From the human T2T-CHM13v2.0 reference genome, Homo sapiens: a stretch of 64,000 nucleotides of DNA. The notes under the pieces are model-generated. The model was not told the DNA's origin and searched no databases. It saw only the letters and a program-made list of their open reading frames with translations. Position 1 is the first letter of the stretch. Every line of letters begins with the position of its first letter. Shown here in pieces: positions 54,928 to 64,000 of this stretch. The stretch is taken from assembly GCF_009914755.1 (NCBI RefSeq), contig NC_060927.1; one strand, given 5' to 3'. The translations under genes and the position numbers were made by a program.

Positions 54928-56009
54928 AACCTTGTGTCTCTTAAACATAAAAAAAGAAAGAAAAAAGTTTCCTTTAACATTCATTTGTAACATCTTCTAG
55001 TGTTTCCATATATTTTGTATGGATTATTTTCTTTTACTGCCACAAAACTTTTGTGGTAAGCATTTGGGGCGAAGAGACAGGAGGGTGGTGAATTTGTTGG
55101 TCATTACTTTGTTAGTATGAGGCAGAAATGAAATTGGACCTTTGGACTTCTGACTTCTGTCCTGTTTCCATCAGGTAACACTTTCTCCTGCCAACATTCC
55201 GAGAAAATAACAGGGGAAGCCACTGTGATGCTTTTACTATTGTATGTACCGGTTAGAAAAGGACACCGTTGATTTATTGCGCGAAGGAAAGAAACGCAAA
55301 AATAGTATTAGTATCTACTGGAAGAAATGACTGCATTTTTTTCTACTGTGAGAAGAAAATATTGCATCCTCACCTCTTTATCTTTTTCTCTGTTTCTCCC
55401 CACACCCATCTCTTCACTTCCCTCCCCCTTCCATTGCAGTCACATTTCATCTGTAATATTAGATTTTTCAATTTATAAGTCAGGATGCTGAAAACACAGT
55501 TAAAATAAATTGATGTAAAAAAGCAAAAAAAAAAAAAGAATACAAATTACTTCTCTAGTTTTTCACATTAGTCAAGGTGCTGGCAATTAGGGATGATGGA
55601 GAAAATTGTCCACCAAATGCTTGTAATCACTTGAGTAATCTAAAACTTTCATTATCAAAAGATAGTCATGCTATATCTCATTAACAAAATGTAGCTCTTA
55701 ACAAAGCCAGTCAATACACCAAGAACAACTGACAAAATCAGAAGTACATTTAGATGCTTGACATTTGAAAAGGATGAGTTATAGAAGATATTTTAAGAAA
55801 GCTCTCTAGTTTATGCTTCATCAAATAATTTGGTTCCTTCCAGCTTTTTTCTTACAAGTACACCATAGTGAAGGGTCTTTCAGATGTGGTTGTTGTTTGC
55901 TTGGTTGACTTCCTAGCTCCTGTGTGACAAATTTGTAAATGATACAGTTAAACTGTGTCCTTTAGGAAAATTATACATTACTACAGTTCTTGAGCCCTCA
56001 AGAGCACTT

Positions 56010-56781
<772 letters not shown>

Positions 56782-56951
56782 AAGAGCACATATGGGTAGT
56801 AGATCCTAAGAATGTAAAACTGAAGAATGTTTAATATCTGTTCTAACACACCTGGTTCACTATAGTTAAAATGATCAGGTTTATGAACAAATTTAATCAA
56901 AAGTTATTGTAATAATTTTTCTCATTGAATAACTTTCAAAAAATGTGTAAA

Positions 56952-57297
<346 letters not shown>

Positions 57298-57480
57298 TTA
57301 TCAACTCTTTGTAGCCATAATGTGTTACAGAAAAACAATCCTAAAATTGCTAAAGAACAAAGTTATCAAGACGAGCAAATAAAAATACCAAATAGTTAAC
57401 ATCATTTCTGGAACCAACATATAACAATATCCAGCTTAATCAACCTTATAGAATGATTTCTGATTTAAAAATATTCTTTT

Positions 57481-57749
57481 GGCTGGGTGCAATGGCTCAC
57501 CCTTGTAATCCCAGCACTTTGGGAGGCCAAGATGGGTGGATCACTTGAGGGTAGGAGTTAGAGACCAGCCTGGCTAACACAGCAAAACCTTGTCTCTACT
57601 AAAGATAGAAAAATCAGCCAGGCTCAGTGCTGCATGCCTATAATCCCAGATACTTGGGAGGCTGAGGCTCAAGAATTGCTTGAGCTCAGGAGACAGAGAT
57701 TGCTGTGAGAGATAGTGTCACTGCACTCCAGCCTGGGTGACACAGAGAA

Positions 57750-57751
<2 letters not shown>
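57481..57751 (+). mobile_element. Diverged Alu (Jb/Sz-like)
   Basis: Full dimer with the 3' end replaced by a microsatellite. Confidence 0.85.

Positions 57752-57795
<44 letters not shown>
57752..57795. repeat. (TATC)11 tetranucleotide STR
   Basis: Perfect repeat, direct reading. Confidence 0.92.
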
Positions 57796-57798
<3 letters not shown>

Positions 57799-58264
57799 GG
57801 TTATTCCTAAAGTAATAAGGCAATGTGATTTTTGAATAGGTAAACAAACATAAAAAGATGGAGTTCCCAGCATTTCTTGGAGTTGTAGGAGACCTGGTAA
57901 TCAAACCTATTGGAGTTCATTATATATCTAGTGCCTTTTTATAGTATGATAGACATTATATAATTCTCCCAAATTGCCCAGTTCTGTGGTTGCAGAGTTA
58001 AGGCTTAAATCTAGAACTCTCTCAGTTCTTAATTTTATATTCTCCTTATTAAAAGCAGGAAGGGGTCTTAATTAATAAAACACTGTGAAACTGGTAGACT
58101 GATGGACACTTGGGCATCCTATACAAGTCGTTCCCACATTGGGTAGGATCTTGAAGTACATATGGTTCTAGCGTTGTTTTGATTTTTGTACATAATATAT
58201 AATAATACATTGATGATATCAGATTCTGTATCAGAATTTAACATGAGTGCACAACCAGTAGAAA

Positions 58265-58400
58265 TCTTTACAAGGAACTCATTAAAGCAATTGTGGAGGC
58301 TGGCTAAGCAAGCCTGAAATCTGTCAGGCAGGGATTCAGGAAGGGAAAATGACATGCGAGCAGTTTAGAGCCTCACAATCATAAGCTGAAGCATCTCTGT
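58265..58400. mobile_element. MLT2-like LTR fragment
   Basis: gcaattgtggaggctggctaagcaagcctgaaatctgtcaggcagg. Confidence 0.5.
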
Positions 58401-59829
58401 GAATTTCAAGGTCCATGAACAAATGTGTATGAATCACAACTTGGACAACAACTTTTCAAATACATTGTCTTGCCTATTTATAGATTTTATGTTTTTCCTA
58501 ATAAATGCTAAGTGAATCTTAGCATTCATAGGTTTTAATTTGTTCCAATTCGTAGGTTTTAAAATGTGGTGCTGGCATATTATGGCTATAAAGGAAATAT
58601 AGCAAATAAATTAGTGAAATTAAATTTTTGACATAAAGAAAATGTATGCAAGCTTCCATAAGAATATGATTCTGTGCATCTGCTGTATGGATGTTACTGT
58701 TGCCTTTTAAGTTGATACTGGATACAAAGTTGATACAAAGAAAGATCACTAAAATCCTTGCAAGAGTGAGAGCTATAGTAGAGGGCAGCAGTGGCTGGGC
58801 AAATGTGTAATGAGACTAGAAAAATTGTGATCTGGAATAAAAGTCAGGGTTTTTGCTTCCTTGGCTGGTTTCTGTCTCCTTATACTAACCACAGGGGAAG
58901 CACATGAGTTCTGAAATAGTACAGTATGAGTTAAAATGTCAAAATGCTCTCAAAAGTATAAAGTATTAGAAATGACTAATACTTAAAATTAGGGAAAGAG
59001 AAGCTACACTTTTTAGGAAAAAGGACCCATTTTGAGGTTGAAAGCAAATGTATTCTGTCTGTAATTCATGTCATAATTAAATACTTAGGCTTTAACTTTC
59101 CATCAGCCTAAGAGATATATATTTCTGTTTTGTTTATTAGCATTTGGAAGTTAGGGTGAAAAATAGTTCAAGTGGGAGGTCCCAGGACAATCTCAGAGGT
59201 AAACAGTGAAAAAACATTTTGCCAAGATGGTAGAAGCCTAATGAAAAGAGATCACAAATTTTTGTAGCCTCATCAAATTTATAAAGGAAATGTTTCATGT
59301 AAGTGTTTCTGCTTTGAAACTTGAAATATTTTGAAGCTAAAAATTTAAACCCACATCAAGAAACATTTGTATCAGTACTATATTTCAATATGTTTTACAG
59401 GAAATGCTAAGGATTGAAGAGAAATCCAGACATGCATTTAGAAGCAGATTACTAAGGTGTATGATAGGATCTCAAAGATGGATCATAAGATCTATTCATA
59501 TGCAAAACTGTGACTAATTTACTAATACAAATCTCTCACACATGATTTCAAATCTTAGTGTTTTGAATTTCCGTAAAGCAGTAAAATTATTATTTATATA
59601 TTCTGAGTGAGGTGGTCGAAACCTATTTGAAAAAAATGTACGTTACTGTGTCAGAATCAGGGGTTTTCACATGTTTATGTACTTCATATAGAAAACTGAT
59701 TACATTTGTCATTTAACATCTAAAGAGGGAGAATATTTGGTTTCAATAATGACTTGAGATGTAATGTTTCCAAAAAAAAGAAATCACTCATATATAAGTT
59801 AAAGAAGCTTTGAAAATTCCATGAGTGAA

Positions 59830-60080
59830 TTAAACTAAATTTGATAAACTTTTACTGCGTGCCTATTATTTATCAAGCAGCAGGCTAAGCTCTGGAAATA
59901 GAAGATAATTATCACTTAGACATCTTTAAAGAGTTCTTAGTCAAATAAGAAAGACAGACATGAAACCGAAAAAATTGCAATGTAGTGTGGTAGATCCTCT
60001 AACAAAGACATTGGCAAGATAGAGCATTCAAGAGGAGTAAATTGAGATGAGCAGGAAAGAATATTTGAATAGTGAGTCAG
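59830..60080 (-). mobile_element. L2 fragment
   Basis: gtgcctattatttatcaagcagcaggctaagctctggaaatagaagat. Confidence 0.5.
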
Positions 60081-60444
60081 GTTCATTACATAAACTGCTA
60101 TCATTCCTTTCAGCATTTCATGCTGATCACGGATAGGACCTGTGTGTGCTAGAAAAAAAATGAAATATCTGTGATTTTTCTTGAGTTTGGTTAACAAATG
60201 TGACCTTGTTTTCCTTCATCAAAAAAATGTACATTTTTTATCCATGAGCATCTTTTATCTTGGAGTGAGAGTTAAGACTCACTTTTTGTTTATTCCAAGC
60301 TGCATAGATTTGTATCTATTTAGTGGCAGTATCAACTATTAAATGATGATCTCATTTATGCAGTAGATTAATTGAATCTATTGTTTTATGTAAACATTGA
60401 AATAACACTGATTGTAACAAATTGAAATGCTATTGATAATACCA

Positions 60445-60690
60445 CACATAATATTTATCATGCACTTATTTTGTGTGAAGCTCTTTGTAAATCACTTTAT
60501 ATGTTACCCTATTTTATCCCCATAAGAATTCTACGAAGTAAACATGTTATCCTCCTCTTCCAGATGAAGAAATGGAAGTACAATGGTTATTCAATCTGCC
60601 TGAAGCCTCACATTTGAGAAGTGATGTAGTTGAGATTGGAATTCAGGTTTACCTTATAACAGAGATTGTGTTCCTTAGCCACTTTACTAG
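60445..60690 (-). mobile_element. MIR SINE
   Basis: ccagatgaagaaatggaagtaca...gttgagattggaattcagg. Confidence 0.65.
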
Positions 60691-62034
60691 ATTTATATAC
60701 AAATGAACTCCAAAGCAGAGGCAAGACATGAACTGAGAGAGAAACTTTAATACAAAATCTCTAATTTGTCAAGACTCAAGGAATTAGAAGATAAGAATAT
60801 TTTAAAAGGGCAAATAGCTTGGGTTTAAAGGAAAACATCACCCACCCAAAAAATTCTCCGTATTTATAATGTATTTTTTCTTTATGTTTAGCTTATAGAA
60901 TATTGTATAATTACTGGTGATTTTTTTGTCAGCTCAGTGTATAAGAACATGGGGAATATTATTTCTAGTACATATACAATGAAAATTATTTTCCAAGTTT
61001 TCCTGAAAGTTGTAGATAAAACCAGTTCTAAACCTAATATTCTTCGCTTTGGTCCATATATATGTCCATTATATGTAAAAAATCCTGACAATATTTGCAA
61101 GCTGTTTAACCCATTATCATATTTTTTTTTTTTTGTAAAAAAGGTACTAATTTTTTTTCTAAAACATTTGGTAAGAATGATATGGTCAATATTACTCTAC
61201 AATGCTATTAATATTGATATGAAATTTTATCTCATTTCATCAAAGCTTCATTGATATTTATAGATATTTTATGTCTTTAGGTTTATTTTGCATTTTGTAC
61301 CTTTTTGCTTTGCTCATATTAAAAATGCTCAAAGGATCCCCTGGTTAAATCTCTTGCACTCAGGCAATTAGGTGATATTCCTGTTTTCCAAATAAACTCA
61401 CTGAGGCCATGGTAGTTAAGAAATGTTGCAAGGGCATACAACTTGCTAGTGGTACCATGAGGATTTGACATTTGTCTGCCTTTTCCAAAGTTTCACAAAG
61501 CCATTTATTGACCGAAAATTAACTTAAAATGTAGAGATACACTGGTCTTATGTAAGATGATTTTTACAAAGAAACACACATTTATTTTCAATTCTACCCA
61601 AAGAAATTGTCCTATATCAATCAATTTTAACTAGCACTGAATTTGAAAATAATTGTTAGCTCCATTTCTAGAAGAAATATCACACTGATTTTTGTAAAAC
61701 CTGGCATTTAGCACAGCTCACATGAAATTGTATGATACATGATTATCATGCAGCTCAACCTCAACTGTGCATAAAGCAGATTTCTTTTGCTGTGGGATCT
61801 GGCAAGGTCAGATTGTATCTGTAGGATTAATTTCTTCTATTCATGAGATGCAACACCTGCTGCTGTATAAATTGTTTAATATAGCCCTCTCTGAGTTGAG
61901 TATAAAAGTAATTGTATACTTGGCGGTCAAATATGATTTTTGAAAACAGCAATCTCCAAATACAAAGTAGCCCCTAGAGGAATAAAACTTTAGTGGACTG
62001 TTCCCAGGGTGTCTTCGGTGATGGAGCCTGGGCA

Positions 62035-62500
62035 TGTAGTGGACATCTGTTGTTTTTGCCGGACCAACATCCACTCTCCATTCTTCTCATAACAACAACT
62101 TGATTTTCTCTGGGGAACCATCTATTTTCCATTCTAAATTATTCCATTTTGGCTCAAATCCAAGCCAGACCTTCCAAAATTTTTCAATGGGCATTATTTC
62201 TGGTGATTTTTCTGAAACTGTTGGAAAATGGAAGCTCTCATTCTGGCAGGATAGCTGATCTAGGAGGATGAAAGCCTGGCCATAATTCCACCACACACAG
62301 AGATAATTCCTAAGAAAGAAGCCAATACAGAAACAAGCAGAAATGAGAGACAGAAAGAGACAGGTTTCTGACATCATTTGGACATATTGATTCATCTATG
62401 CCTGAAGCCAGTTTGTGTTTTGCTCTAATAAATTACTTGTGCTTAGGTCAATTTAAGTAGGGTTTCTCTACTTGTTAATGAAAAAATTCTGGCTATTTCA
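62035..62500. mobile_element. Old MLT1 (J/K-like) LTR
   Basis: tgtagtggacatctgttgtttttgcc...tgcctgaagcca...gggtttctctacttg. Confidence 0.6.
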
Positions 62501-64000
62501 TATCATCTTTCATAGTGTGACTATAGAAAATTCAATGACTTAGAGAAAGCAGCTCTGGGTTTTAGGTAACAATAGATACATTGAGATATACCAGCCTAAC
62601 AGTGGAAAAAATCCTGCCTTGCTAACTATGGCATTCTTTGTGCTGGAATTGGCGTAGGATGATGTTAGACTTCCAGATACACAAGACAGCTACCTATTTC
62701 TGTGGCAAGGGAAAAGCCTCTCTGGGCTCTCAAACTATCCCATTTTTTTGCTAGTCTTTGACGTCTTAAAAATATTGACATTCATAATTAGAGAAAATGT
62801 TCGATGTATAGAGATAGTATACTACGTGAAACCCGTACTGGTATATACATGACAAATATAATGTCATACTACTTTACAGTTTGTATAATACTCTTTCATA
62901 TATATCCTCTGTATAAACCGTCTCAGTAACTGGTGAGGTAGACCTTACCTAGTTTTCATAGATTAAGAATCGAAGAAGCAAAGTAACTTTAAGTTTACAC
63001 GGCTTATACAATCTCTGCTTTTTCACAATTTGTTAAGAGGTTCCCCCCAAACCCCCAATATGAGCAATCTGACACAAGTCTGACTTCCGGAATAGGAGAG
63101 AAGTTTTGGGCAATGAGTTCTTGGTTGCGTAGAAAATTGGTGTCTTGAAATGAGGAAAAATTCTTAGAAATAGGACTGAGTATTGTGAAAATGACATTAT
63201 CAGTTTCTTAAACTTACATAGGGCCAGTCATGATCTGCATGGATCTCTGAGGATAGGAACTTAGGATATGTAGGGTCAGGATTTCTATGCCTATGCATAT
63301 TCTCTTTTAAGTCCATCATTGTCTTCTTTCAGCTGCCAGGATAATTACTTCTTATGGTCACATGAGATTTATCTGTTTACATTTCTAGACTCTAGAAGTT
63401 TTGTCCTCCCAAATGCCTTATAATGCCTGTAGAAATAGTAAAAATCAAATTATTTCTGTTTGTTGAAGTTTTATGAGCTTCCCTGAGACAATTTTCTGCC
63501 GTATGCTCATCAATTCCAAAATCAGGATCTGCTTGTGACAGGGAGGTAACATAATGGCAGCAATGTTGTGCTTTTTATGTAGGATGATTTTAACAATCTG
63601 TGCCAGTCAACAGAGACAGCTCTCCTGGGAAAGAAGCTATTGGAGATTCCATTGCCTGAGAATTTGGACTAACAAATTTAGGTCTATACAAAATTGGTGT
63701 CAAGTATATGCAGATATTTTTATATCAATTACAGTATGGTAGCTACTGTTGATCCATCTGCGTATGTACCTTATGGGTTTTTTCTTATCACACAAAGTTG
63801 GAACACAAGGGAGAGACATCAGTGAATAAAAATGTATCTTGCACTTTCTCTCTAATTTAGCATTTAAGAGCTTTACAATAATAGTTTGATCACTGTGTAA
63901 AGTGCAAATTCTAGGAGATATGAGTATGATCTATTTGTGCCTCATAATAAATATCGATGAAGTCTTACTGTCTTTCATTATTCTTAATAGAATTAAGATA

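Overview
This is repeat-dense, AT-rich human non-coding DNA (intergenic or a large intron). An L1Hs-Ta and an AluYa5-like insertion indicate human origin. I see no host protein-coding exon, CpG island or RNA gene. The long, recognisable ORFs are transposon-derived (L1 ORF2, ERV env, THE1-int, Alu). The window holds a solo LTR8, at least 12 Alus, several L1s (L1Hs-Ta, L1PA4, two 5'-inverted twin-primed L1s, older L1M), a two-LTR THE1D element, MST/MLT/THE1 solo LTRs, MER82/MER44/MER58/MER5 DNA transposons, and MIR/L2 remnants. The most unusual object is a 2.1-kb LTR2 (Harlequin/HERV-E-like) provirus at 39385-41501 with a U5 end on BOTH sides and a clean 4-bp TSD. Its inverted left end matches the predicted R-U5 (minus-strand strong-stop DNA). 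Second is a ~375-bp polyadenylated non-viral sequence inside the THE1D internal region with no TSD. Subfamily names come from recalled consensus sequences and need RepeatMasker/Dfam confirmation.
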